From assembly GCA_951406725.2 (NCBI GenBank), contig OX597814.1, positions 174,034,001 through 174,098,000 on the forward strand: a stretch of 64,000 nucleotides of DNA. The letters are read 5' to 3'. Position 1 is the first letter of the stretch, and each line of letters begins with the position of its first letter. Shown here piece after piece: positions 25,026 to 37,181 of this stretch. Position numbers and translations under genes: made by a program. The notes beneath the pieces are model-generated. The model was not told where the DNA came from. It worked only from the letters and a program-made list of their open reading frames with translations, and ran no database searches. This DNA comes from Octopus vulgaris (lineage: Eukaryota).

Positions 25026-25387
25026 ACTAGCAGTATCGCCCGGATTGCTCAGGTTTGTAAGGGAAATAACTATAAAGCATTTTTTAGAGAGTTATGGACG
25101 AATTAATAAGAGTTAGGTTCCTTGTTCAAAATGGGAAAAAAATTATGGTAAATTTTTCTTTAGAGTTGAAAATAGGTGGAGTTGCACACCCCTAGACGGT
25201 CTGTGGTTTGGGTTTCATGATTCTCGACCCCATGTCTTTATCGATTTTTTCAGAACTGGGGGAACTTTTTTATATATTTTCGCTGCGTTAGTTTTGAATT
25301 ATGACATTGGGTTATGTGTGTGTCAAGTTTCATCAGAATCGGTTGAAAGCCGTGGTCAGAGTGAGGGTAATCTAGAAAACAGACACA
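25026..25387 (+). mobile_element. Helentron/DINE-like non-autonomous element in a (TA)n tract
   Basis: Starts ACTAGCAGTATCGCCCGG..GCTCAGG; contains the gtcaagtttcatcagaatcggttgaaag block typical of such elements; 3' end lost. Confidence 0.6.
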
Positions 25388-25429
25388 CATGTGTAATTGC
25401 ACTTTTGATTATATTTGTTTACTTATGAT

Positions 25430-25469
<40 letters not shown>

Positions 25470-25696
25470 ATCTGAGCAGAAAGGGATAGAACCAAATACC
25501 ACAAGGTATATTTTTGATTGATGTACCTCTTTTGCTTCCATCTTTTTCCAATATATACTTATATAAGCACAGGTATGGCTGTGTGGTTAAGAAGCCCACT
25601 TTACAACCATGGTGTTTTGGGTTCAGTCCCACTGTGCAGCACCTTGGGCAAGTGTCTTCCATTATAACCCCGGACTGACCAATATCTTCTGGATAT

Positions 25697-25941
25697 TCTT
25701 TTACTTGTTTCAGTCATTTGACTGCGGCCATGCTGGAGCACTGCCTTGAAACGTTTTTAGTCAAACAAATCAACCTCAGGACTTATTTTTTAAAGCCTAA
25801 TACTTATTCTATCTTCTTTTTTACTGAACTGCTAAGTTACAGGGACATAAACACACCAATACTGATTGTCAAGCGCTGATGAGGGTACAGATACACACAC
25901 ATGGATATATATATATATATATATACATACGTGTGTATGTG

Positions 25942-25998
<57 letters not shown>

Positions 25999-26162
25999 AC
26001 ACAACAGGCATCTTTCAGTTTCTGTCTAACAAATCCACTCACAAGGCTTTGGTTAGCCCAAAGCTTTAGTAGAAGACACTTGCCCAAGGTGCCATGCAGT
26101 GGGACTGAACCCAGATCCATGTGGTTGGGAAGCAAGCTTCTTACCACACAGCCACTCCTGCA
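25697..26162 (-). mobile_element. SINE family A (full), preceded by an inverted partial head at 25568-25680(+)
   Basis: Reverse complement of the family A sequence; the head is duplicated in opposite orientation just upstream. Confidence 0.85.
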
Positions 26163-27424
26163 TGTATTTTTCCTGCAAATTTGTTCACGAATCTCTGCAG
26201 GCTTGTCTATATTTTGCACTCTTTGTGTCTGAGCCTATTTATCTACCTGAAAATATGTCTATAAATTTCTGTATGTGAATGTGTGCATGCCCTAATTTTT
26301 TCATAAGAGCTTCTAGGTATACCTACCCACTTTTGTATGTTTATATGCAGTTGTGTGTTTGTGTGTGTGTGTTTCTATATTTATTGCTTGTGTATTTCTG
26401 TGTATACGTATCTTTGTATTTGTGTATGTTTACATTGATAAGTGTGAAGTTGTTCTATACCTGCCTTCATTCCCTACTTAAGTCACCTTCCTTTGTGGAA
26501 TCTATGACAAACTTTGTCATTAATAAAACAATGGTGTTCCCACGGACAACCGAATTTAAACACCTCTTATTGCCTCAAATACAAAACAAAAGTACCGCAA
26601 CATCAAACACACACACTTATCATTTTATGTGTTTTCTTTTTGTCATGCTTCCATGAGTAGATGGGTCGTCTTCAGTTTAGTGTCTTATCACTCGTTACAG
26701 TTACCTTTCAGCTGCTTTGTGAGATTCAGCCTCCTGGGATCAGCCTTAAGCATTTCTTCTCATGTCTTCTTCACTCTGTCTTCTCAACAGCTTCCTTCAA
26801 TCTTGGTAGCTTTACTCATGGTTCCAGGTTCAGTCCTATTGCATGGCACCTTGGGCAACCAAAGCATGATGAGTGGATTTGGTAGACGAAAACTGAAAAA
26901 AACCCTGTCATATATATATATATATATATATATGTAATAATATAAATATATGCATATACACATATATGTACATACTTACAGCTATATGTATATATACATG
27001 TATATATGGGTACAGGACATCAAAAAAACTTTGAACACAATGAGAAACGAAAACATAAAAACAAATACATGGAAACAAACTTCTTTTCAAACAACGAAAA
27101 AACAGAGAAACAAGACATGCAACACAAGGAATATTCCCCTTCTTCAGTTGTCCCTGTTTCATCTACTCCGTGTTTATATATATATATATCTGTGTGTGTC
27201 TTTGCCCCTAACCACTGCTTGAAAACTGGTGTTGGTGTGTTTACATCCCTGTAACTTAACAGTTTAGCGAAAGATACCAATTGAATAAGTGTCATGCTTA
27301 ACAAAAGAGAAATAAGTATTGGGGTCAACTGATTCAACTAAAACTTCTTTAAGGCAGTGCCCCCAGCATAGCCATAGTCTAATGACTGAAACAAGTAAAA
27401 AACAAAAGACAACTGATCTTTCTT

Positions 27425-28060
27425 ACACCCAGCTTTCCTCTCAGCTCATTTGTGCTCCTTTGATCATTCACACTTATATTATACAAGCTGAGTAAGCTTC
27501 CCGGCCTCTGTACATCCTATTCATTCAACACCCATGTTTCACTACCATACAGTATCTTACATCATACACAAGCATCATACTCCTTTGTTGGCAGCAAAGG
27601 TAATAGCTCTTTGGACTGTTTCCACTTTATTCATACTCTGACCACTGTGCTTTCGGAACTTCCACGTCAACTGTTGATAAGGTCACCTTGATAACAAAAG
27701 CTATCAACTACTTCTTGGTATCCTTCCAAGTGTCTGAAGGATGGTATTTCATGGCTACTCATACTGTTAACTTGGTATGTCATTCCTCTGCATCTTGGAT
27801 GCACTCATAAGTTACACTGTATGGATTTCCTAACACCCTTTTCTGCATATCAAGCATGGCTTCTTCCTAAATATCAGTAGTATCCCATCTTCTTGTTAAG
27901 ATTTTTCTCTTTGCTAAGTTTACCTTGAGGCCTCTCAATTCTGGGCCTTAGTTTCATGTTTGTAATTTTTTCAGTGGGTCCACCTATGAGAACTAGGTCA
28001 TTGACATACTGGAGTTCCCACAGGCAACCAATTTTAAACCCATTTTATTGCCTCAAACAC
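27425..28060 (-). mobile_element. Degenerate RTE-type LINE reverse transcriptase fragment
   Basis: Minus-strand remnants GCLWELQYVNDLVL (YADD motif), a CRKGV..SIQC zinc-finger-like block and ILYGSETW, with many stops and frameshifts; a second small piece lies near 26545-26600. Confidence 0.75.
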
Positions 28061-29285
28061 AAAACAAACAGTACAACAAAAACAAAGTAAACATGCATTC
28101 TAGTAGTAGTAGTAGTAGTAGTAAAGCAATCAATCAATTAGTAGAGTTGTTAGAGCAACAGATAGAATGCTTGTGATATTTATTCCATCTTTGCACTCTG
28201 AGCTCGAATCTCTCTTAGGTAAACTTTGTCCTTCATCCTTTTATAGCTGATAAGTAAAGTACCAGCCCAACACTACTCTCTATTCTATCTTTCACTTTGT
28301 TACATCGTAAGTCTCATAACATTATCTGTTGAGTGAAGAGTAGCAGGGCCTTTGGGGTCTGCTCATGACCATTAGTGAAAGCATAGTGTGTGCCACTAAA
28401 TCATCCTTGATTACAAGTGAGAATAGTATTAGTGGTGGTGGTGACAGTGGTGGCAGCAGTGGCAACAACAACAACAACAATTACACTTGTTCTTCAACTC
28501 AGATTCCCCAGTTATTTCTCCGTTGAATTTAAAAGTTAGAGAACAAATATAAGGTGAAATATAAGAAGATAATGTTTCCTGGTTCAGGTACAGTTTTCTT
28601 CATTTACGCCTCACTGACTGTCATTGCCCTCATCCGGAACTGACCCAGAAACACAATAGAGAGAATAATAAAAGTGGGTAACCTTAGCTCTGTTATAACC
28701 TTAGCTTTGTTACCTGATCTCTTAGAAATAGCCCTAAGACCTTCCTCGAATTAGAATACACTATCTTAAAAAAAATGTAATAAAAAAAAGATACATTGGA
28801 TAAGGTAGTCGTGGACATAAGGAAAGATGGGATTGCCAAGGCTGGAACAGCTTTGATCACACACACACATGCTAACTAACACTCTCTCATTCACAAACAT
28901 ATACAGGATTTTTTTCTAAATATATTTATGGTTAAAGGGATTTGATATATATAGTATTTCTGACATGTAGCAAAGAAAAGGGTATAAGTTTTGTGGATCA
29001 GTATTAATTATGGCGATAATGGTACAATTATACTCTTAGAAAATACATTGATTTTTAGCATAATTTTGAACACAAGAATATAGATCTTCTGTATAGTAGT
29101 TTGACCTACTTGACTACTCTTCCCTTCTAAGCACATTCTATGGTCTTAAAAAAAAAAGTTCACATTAGATAATATCATACCTGAAAAAACAATGGATATT
29201 CAAGGCTGAATCACAGAAGTCTGTTTGCTCAGGCTTGACCTGAAGTTAAACAATAACAAAAGCATAGATTCTTTATAAGAATATA

Positions 29286-29745
29286 CAGGGTGTGGTATTT
29301 AAATTGTTGTCTAAATTATGCAAAACTGAAAATATCACTGACATCTCATTTTGACAGATATATTTACCAAAATTATATAAAAATATCTTGAAATACTAAA
29401 AAGTAAATTTATTCAAGAAAATCGCCATTGGCTTCAACCACCACTGCCAGATGATTTCAGAATCTCCTGCAGTTCTTCTGGATGGTTTCCTTGTTTAAGT
29501 TGGTGAATGCTGCCATAACCCTTGCCTTCAATTCATCTTTGGTGTTACAAGGAGTCTCTCACTTAACTGTGCCCCACACATAATAATCAAGGAGGTTGCA
29601 GTCTGGGGCGTTAGGTGGCCAGATGTTAAGGGTGATGTGGTCGCAGAAATTGTCTGACAGCCATGCCAGGTTCTCCTGCTTGTGTGGCATGGTGCAGAGT
29701 CCTGTTGCCAGACATAGGGTCTTGCAGCAGCCATCTTCAGAATTC
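29286..29745 (-). mobile_element. Tc1/mariner superfamily transposase relic, maT (DD37D)-like 3' part
   Basis: WQQDSAPCHTSRRT / WLSDNFCDHITLNIWPPNAPDCNLLDYYVWG with a frameshift; D2-D3 spacing is about 37 after repair; terminus TA|CAGGGTG at 29284-29292. Confidence 0.8.
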
Positions 29746-29789
29746 TAACCACTAAGTCACATACCTTCTAAAGATACATATGGAAATTG

Positions 29790-30148
29790 TAGTTGTGGCC
29801 GATGCCAGTGCCACCTGATTGGCTCTTGTGCTGGTCACATGCAATAAGCATCCTTCATGCGTGGGTTGTTGACAGTGTCACCTGACTGGCTCCCCATGCT
29901 GGTGGCACATAAAAAGCACCATCCGAACATGGCCAATGCCAGTGCTGCCTGACCGGCTGCCTTGCCGGTGGCATGTGAAAATCATCCAATACACTCTCGG
30001 AGTGGTTGGCATTAGGAAGGGCATCCAGCTTTAGAAACATTGACAGATCAGATTGGAGCCTGGTGCGACCTCCTGGCTTGTCAGTCCCCAGTCAAACCGT
30101 CCAACCCATGTCAGCATGGAAAACAGACATTAAACAATGATGATGATG
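29790..30148 (+). mobile_element. RTE-type LINE 3' UTR with tandem units
   Basis: Same ~66-bp units and (GAT)n tail as 13470-13826. Confidence 0.85.
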
Positions 30149-31045
30149 TCTAGGGAATATTCAGCTGTGTATATGCTGATTTAGTCGAGTAACTAGTCAA
30201 GTTGATCAAACAACTGAATACTCGTCATTGAAACCAATGGAGATTGATTTACTTGACTTACGTGTGCCTGTGTATGTGTAACTCTCACTTAAGATTAAGT
30301 ATGTCAGTTACCTATATACATCTGATAGAATTTCAGATATTTCATTTATCCATTTATCAGTAGGGATTGGTGTTCTATATTATTGTTGTTTGGTAACTTG
30401 TCTTTACTCACGTTGTCATTTTCACAAGTGAAAGCAGCAGCAGCAACAATGACAACAATAAATAGTAAAGAAAGCAAAGCAAAGCTGGCCAAGGCCGACA
30501 CTGACTATAAGCAAAACAACAACAGTACTACTACTAATAATAATAATAATAATTTTTTGCAATATCCAGTCACTTGGATAAATAATGGCTTGCAAAGTTA
30601 TGTACCTCATGGATGCACTGAAAGACCTCTTCAGATTGTATTCTTGAAAGATTATTTTGAAGGCAGATAAGCAAGAAGAATGTAAAATTTTGGATTCAGC
30701 TATAGTTCTTTTCTGGACCACTAACTTCATTTTTAGAGATGGAAGTGTTTTTTTCTTTTTCATTTTTAGCCATTTACATCAATATCACATTAGAGTAACA
30801 GGGTAAATGGATGTAAATAAAGAAGAAAATATAAATGTTCATCTACAGATGAATAGTCCAATTCATGACCGGAAGAAAAGAAATAAATGACAAAGTAATA
30901 GGTTTGGTGATGCAAACAGAAAAATAGAACTCAAAATATGTCTATATATGTAATTCAGTTGGTTATTAATAAGAAAACATATATAAAATATTTCATTGGA
31001 TAATGGAGATGACCAACTCAATAGAATAGTAGCTAAGATGCTTAA

Positions 31046-31265
31046 CCCTTTTGATACCAACCCGCCTGAAACTGCCTCTGGTTCTGTAGTACAATTGTTT
31101 TGTTTTCAAAAGTTCTGAATTAAAATCTTCCACCAAACCTTAGTCACAATTTATATTCCTAACACTAGCTTAATTATAACTAAGATATTTTACTAAACTC
31201 TTTGTTATATTTAAAATTAATTGAAAGAAACAGAGTATCTCAGCAGAAATATGGTAACATAAGGG
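31046..31265 (+). mobile_element. piggyBac-like MITE
   Basis: TTAA|CCCTTTTGATACC ... GGTAACATAAGGG|TTAA. Confidence 0.85.
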
Positions 31266-32245
31266 TTAATACTGTAATTCTGAATAATTCTTTTACCTAT
31301 GGACCCCTGTGATAACTATTTTATTCTGGTGGACCCCATAGTCAATCAAACCTGATTTTATAGATACTTCTTTCAAAATTCCTATTTTATTTTTTACAGT
31401 AACTTATGTAGGATGAACTATGTAAAACATTTGATAAAGGAATTTAGCTGTTTCTTGCAAGGGGTACAACTAAATTTTTTCATGGACCTTAACGGTACTA
31501 CTGTAGATCCCCAATTTACTATTTTGCTTGAGCGGACCTCCAAAAATCTTATATGGGCCTCAGTTGAGAACCACTGCTTTATGGCATCTTGTTTAGTACC
31601 TTACTGTTTGCAAGTTCAAATCTCTTTATGACTGAGTTTAGTCTCTGTAATCCCATCAGTGGTTATGAAATTGTACAATCCAAAGATTGATTCCAATTAT
31701 TATACAATTCCATCAACACAAAAAAGTTGTCCATGTAAAATTGTTAACAAATAATATAAACAATTTTGTTAATTAATAAATTTTCTAAATATCCAATTAT
31801 TATTAGCTACTCTCAAATATTAATACTAAATGGAACAAAATCAATATTTTGTTATAGCAGCAAGATTTTCTTCTTTACCCTGCTACAACAGCATTGGATA
31901 TGGAATGAGCTTTAGTAAGACATCACTAAGCACTAAGTCAAAAATTCAAACCTCAAGTTTATAACTAAATTTGCCTACTTCAGCTAAAGGACAAGCTGGT
32001 AAAATATATATCTGTTGTTCTCTTGGTGTCATGAAGGGCATCTGGCCATAGAAAATCTGTTTCAATGAACTCTGTCCATATCATGCAAGATTGAAAAAAG
32101 GGATTTTAAAATGTTGTTTAGTGCTAAACTGGCCCCAGTTGAGTAAACCTATGACCCATGGCATCCAAGACATGGCCATTCTATCTTATTGTCATAATAT
32201 AATAGTATGTTCTATCCATTTTTTATCCATATAACAATGCTTTAA

Positions 32246-32464
32246 CCCTTTCGTTACTTATTTATTTTGAGATGCTCTGTGTTTCTTTCAATTACTTTAA
32301 ATATAACAAAGAATTTAGTAAAATAACTTGGTTATCATTCAGCTAGTGTTAGGAACATAAATTGTGACTAAGGTTTGGTGGAAGATTTTAATTCAAAACT
32401 TATGAAAACAAGACATTTGTACTCAGAGCCAGAGCTGGTTTCAGCCGGGTTGGTAACGAAAGGG
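32246..32464 (-). mobile_element. piggyBac-like MITE (inverted relative to 31046-31265)
   Basis: TTAA|CCCTTTCGTTAC ... GTAACGAAAGGG|TTAA; interior is the reverse complement of the 31046 copy. Confidence 0.85.
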
Positions 32465-32927
32465 TTAATTATAAGCATTAATTAGTGATTGCATGATTTT
32501 AGTTCAAGGGAGGGAAGGAAGAAGGTTTTGTGAGTTGTGAAAATTCATGCCTCTTTTAAATTGTTTATCCACCTTCACTGTCACTGTCATTGATAATACT
32601 TTCCTTTGTCACCTCAGAGATGTACAGTTTCAATAGGTTTGGTTTGCAGTATCTATTGCCTATTTATTGTGTCAACATTGACCGGAAGCCTATCAATATT
32701 GGTATTGGACTTAAGGCGGTGAGCTGGCAGAATTGCTAGCACACCAGGCAAAATGCTTGTCCATTTTTATGTTCTGAGTTCAAATTCTACTGAAGTCGAC
32801 TTTGCCTTTCATCCTTTCAAGGTTGATGAAATCAGTATCAGCTGAGGACTGAGAACGATGTAACTGATTTGTCCCTTCCCCAAAATTACTGGCCTTGTGC
32901 CAATATTTGAAAACAATATTAGTATTG

Positions 32928-33138
32928 CAGTTCTATATTTAAGAGATGAGGAATTTTGTACATTATTTACATTTGACGGATATTTATCCTCATCTTGTTT
33001 GTTGTTAACACAATGTTTCGGCTGATATACCCTCCAACCTTCATCAGGTGTCTTGGGGAAATTATTATTATTATTATTATTCAGGTTAAGAGCGCAGGCT
33101 ACTAACCCCAAGATTCCAAGTTCAATTCCAGGTAGTGA

Positions 33139-33178
<40 letters not shown>

Positions 33179-33482
33179 TTTATTTCTTTACTGCCCACAA
33201 GAGGCTAAACATAGAGGGGACAAACAAGGACAGACAAAGGGATCAAGTTGATTTCATTGACCCCAGTGTGAAACTGGTACTTTATTAATTGACCATGAAA
33301 GGATGAAAGGCAAAGTTGACCTCAGTGGAATTTAACAACAACATCGAAAAATACCTTAGAAATGAGAACCCAGGTTCAAAATTTTCCCTAGACAATTGAT
33401 GAAGGCTGGAGGGTATATCAGCTGAAACGTGTTAACAACAAACAAGATGAGGTCAAATGTCCATCAAATGTAAATAAATGTA
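32928..33482. mobile_element. Second insertion of the hammerhead element: inverted 3' part plus direct copy (interrupted by a family B SINE piece)
   Basis: Minus-strand tail 32928-33062 with hammerhead motif at 33007-33052; plus-strand head 33084-33145 and tail 33334-33482 with a degenerate motif at 33391-33433; TSD AATATTAGTA(T/C)TG at 32915-32927 and 33483-33495. Confidence 0.8.
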
Positions 33483-34138
33483 AATATTAGTACTGGACTG
33501 GCACAAGCTTGAAAGAAATGATCAAGAAAAATAGCATATAAGCTTGATATTTTTTTCTTGTTTAGTGCGTTTGTTGTTGTTATTGATTAAACCCAGGTCA
33601 GCCTCGATCAAGCAGATCTCTCATCAGAGACATCCCATCTGTAGCCATCTCATCATTTTAAAGATATATCAGATTACATTATCCAAAGTGTCCATTCCTT
33701 TCCAAAGGTGATAGGGTGTGATTTGAGAAAGATTTGGTTGCTATTTTCTGTTAGATTAAACAATTTTATACAAGCCTTTCATTGGCTAAGCCATCAACAT
33801 GGTCGTCTGGTTTTAGCCTGTTTGGAACAAAGATTAAAAGGGATGTTTTTTTAAACTGAGTAAATAGTGATAACTTATATAATAATTGCCAACGTGAGAA
33901 TGCTTAATATTATTTGATTTACCTAGAGTCCTACTGAAATATGCTTAGAATGTAAACATTAATGGGGAAAAACTAGATCACAACTATTTGTTTTGATATT
34001 TAACAAATTTACTTTATGGTTTTGTTCTGTATCTCTCTTTGTCACTTTCTCCCTCCACATAAGAAATTTACCTGTTTTTATCTCATAATTACAATCAAAA
34101 GTACCTCCTCTTTATTTTATCATTATTATTATTATTTA

Positions 34139-34760
34139 GGCGGTGAGCTGGCAGAATTGTTAGCATGCTGAACAAAATGCTTAGCGGTGAGTTCAAATTC
34201 CGCCGAGGTCGACTCTGCCTTTCATCCTTATGTGATCAATTAAATAAGTACCAGTTACGCACTGGGGTCAATGTAATCAACTTAATCCGTTTGTCTGTCC
34301 TTGTTTGTCTCCTCTGTGTTTAGCCCCTTGTGGGTAGTAAAGAAATAGGTATTTTGCCTGTCGGTACGTTCTGAGTTCAAATTCCACTGAGGTTGACTTT
34401 GCCTTTCATCCTTTTGGAGTCGATAAATTAAGTACCAATTGACTATAGAGGTCAATGCAATCAACTGTCCCCTTCCCCCAAATTTCAGGCTTTGTGCCCA
34501 TAGTAGAAAGGATTATTATTATTATTATTATTATCATCATTATTATTATTTAGGTGGTGAGCTGGCAGAATCGTTAGCATGCTGGATGAAATGCTTAGCG
34601 ATATTTCATTCATCTTCATGTTCTGAGTTCAAATTCTGCCAAGGTTGACTTTGCCTTTCATCCTTCCAGGGTCAATAAAATAAGTACCAGTTTAGCACTG
34701 GAGTTGATGTAATCAACTTATTCCTTCCCCAAAATTGCTGGCTTTGTGCCAAAATTTGAA
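34139..34760 (+). mobile_element. Cluster of three tandem SINE family B copies separated by (ATT)n
   Basis: Repeated GGCGGTGAGCTGGCAGAAT / TGAGTTCAAATTCC / GACTTTGCCTTTCATCC blocks. Confidence 0.85.
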
Positions 34761-34908
34761 ACCATCATTATCATTATTATTATTAATGGTATTTTACGTC
34801 TAATAACTCTACACCAGTGGTTCTCAAAATTATTTTGCATTGTAGAACCCTTATATAATTTTCAAAAAACATCAGGGAGCCTATTTGTATATTTTACAGA
34901 CAACTCCA

Positions 34909-34954
<46 letters not shown>

Positions 34955-35160
34955 ATATATATATATGTATATACTACAAAATTAGAAAATGGAGAAACAT
35001 ACTTAAATCAATAAAACATCAACTATCAGATGATACCCAATCAATACTTTATTACACCATTACATATCAGTAAAGGCATTATACAAAATATACAGTAAAT
35101 GTAAATAGACAAGGAAATATAAGTATAAAATATAAAATATAATATGTAATTATATCATAT

Positions 35161-35293
35161 CTATATATGTATATATATATATATATGTGTGTATATATGT
35201 ATGTGTGTATATATGTATGTATGTATGTGTGTATATATGTATGTATGTGTGTATATATATATATGTATGTGTGTATATATATATGTATGTGTG

Positions 35294-35324
<31 letters not shown>

Positions 35325-35421
35325 ATATATATATATATATATGTGTGTATATATATATATATATGTATGTGTATATATATATATATATGTATCTATGTGT
35401 ATATATATATATGTATCTATG

Positions 35422-35452
<31 letters not shown>

Positions 35453-35467
35453 GTATATACATGTATG

Positions 35468-35500
<33 letters not shown>

Positions 35501-35516
35501 ATATATGTATATATAT
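35161..35516. repeat. Compound (TA)n/(TG)n/(TATG)n microsatellite
   Basis: About 350 bp of alternating purine-pyrimidine sequence; source of several spurious ORFs. Confidence 0.95.
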
Positions 35517-35956
35517 GGCGAGCTGGCAGAATTGTTAGCACGCCGGGCAAAATGCATAGCCGTATTTCGTCTGCCATTACATTCTGAGTTCAAATTCCAC
35601 CGAGGTCGACTTTGCCTTTCATCCTTTTGGGGTCAATACATTAAGTACTAGTTACGCACTGGGGTCGATGTAATCGACTTAATCCGTTTGTCTGTCCTTG
35701 TTTAGCCCCTTGTGGATAATAAAGAAAAATATGTGTATATTGGAGGCGCAATGGCCCAGTGGTTAGGGCAGCGGACTTGCGGTCGGAGGATCGCGGTTTC
35801 GGTCCCAGACCGGGCGTTGTGTGTGTTTATTGAGCGAAAACACCTAAAAGCTCCACGAGGCTCCGGCAGGGGATGGTGGTGATCCCTGCTGTACTCTTTC
35901 ACCACTCTAAAGGCGGTGCTCCAGCATGGCCGCAGTCAAATGACTGAAACAAGTAC
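35517..35956 (+). mobile_element. SINE family B copy, then a CpG-intact tRNA-derived SINE head (35742-35905) fused to a family A tail
   Basis: GGAGGCGCAATGGCCCAGTGGTTAGGGCAGCGGAC...GGTTTCGGTCCC head; TAAAGGCGGTGCTCCAGCATGGCCGCAGTCAAATGACTGAAAC tail followed by poly-A. Confidence 0.75.
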
Positions 35957-35961
35957 AAAAA

Positions 35962-36034
<73 letters not shown>

Positions 36035-36358
36035 AACTTACTTGGAAAAGGATGTGTGGCGTTCGATCATATAATAATATAAATAATATATAAATTATAT
36101 GCCAAGACGATAGAAAAATTATTATGAACGCTAGGAAGACGAGCTTATGAAGGAGAGAGGTATAAGCACATTTTATTGGCATTTCTGACTGTTTTATGTC
36201 CTGAGTTGAAATTCCACTAAGGTTGACATTGCCTTTCATCGTTACAGGGTCTATAAAATAAGTATCACTCAAGTACTGAAGTCAATGTGACCAACTTTTC
36301 CCCCACCTCAAAACTGTCGGCTTTGTGCTAAAATTTAAAATCATCATCATCATCATCA

Positions 36359-36404
<46 letters not shown>

Positions 36405-36618
36405 GGTGGCAAGCTGGCAGCACTGTTAGCACACAAGGCAAAATGCTTAGTGACATTTCATCTGTCTCTACATGTTGAGTTAAAATTCCGCCAAGGTTGA
36501 CTTTACCTTTCAGGGTCAATAAATTAAGTGAAACACTAGGGTTGATGTAATTGACTAGTCTCCTCCCATCAAGTTTCCGGCTTTGAGCATATAGTAGAGA
36601 GGATTATTATTATTATTG

Positions 36619-37118
36619 ACTGAGAGAGCAGTGCATGCCATCAAAGTGACACTGAGTAAAATATACAAAGCCCAGTATACCCATCATAACTATCTGTCTG
36701 ATAAGGGTATACCAGGCACATGCATCACAACCATATGTGTGTGACCTGATCTCATATCAAGATAAACAGTGCATGACCTTCCAGGTGGGGCCCAATTAAA
36801 ATTTTCTTCAGGTTGAGTAGCCCATCCTGCTCAAAAGGTCCCTGAATAAGGGATTTTTAAGGATGTTGAACAAAACACCCATGTTTCCAGAGGTGAATTA
36901 TTCAAACTCCAAAGAATTCCTCCCAACACATGGCTATGATGCTCCCTCATTACTTCTGCTTGTGATCAGAGATGCCTATATTGTCAACCACCAAAGGACA
37001 TACTCAAACAGGTTATGGTCAAATAACTGTGTGGTATTGAGCAGAATATTTGCTATAGCCCATCCAATTAGTTAAGATCAGAAGCCATGAGAGCCAGTGC
37101 CTGGTACTGCATGAGGGT
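36619..37118 (-). repeat. Unclassified interspersed repeat between (ATT)n tracts, possibly a LINE 3' UTR
   Basis: More GC-balanced block bounded by ATT microsatellites; single copy in this window, so the classification is weak. Confidence 0.35.
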
Positions 37119-37149
37119 AATTATTATTATTATTATTATTATTATTATA

Positions 37150-37181
<32 letters not shown>

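Noticed and set aside
29286-29752. Functional or domesticated transposase
   Set aside because: Only the 3' part remains, with frameshifts and stops.
35079-35651. Overlapping 120-150 aa ORFs rich in Y, I, C, V, M and H
   Set aside because: Translations of TA/TG microsatellites; the same applies to ORFs near 25.9k, 27k, 49.7k and 59k.
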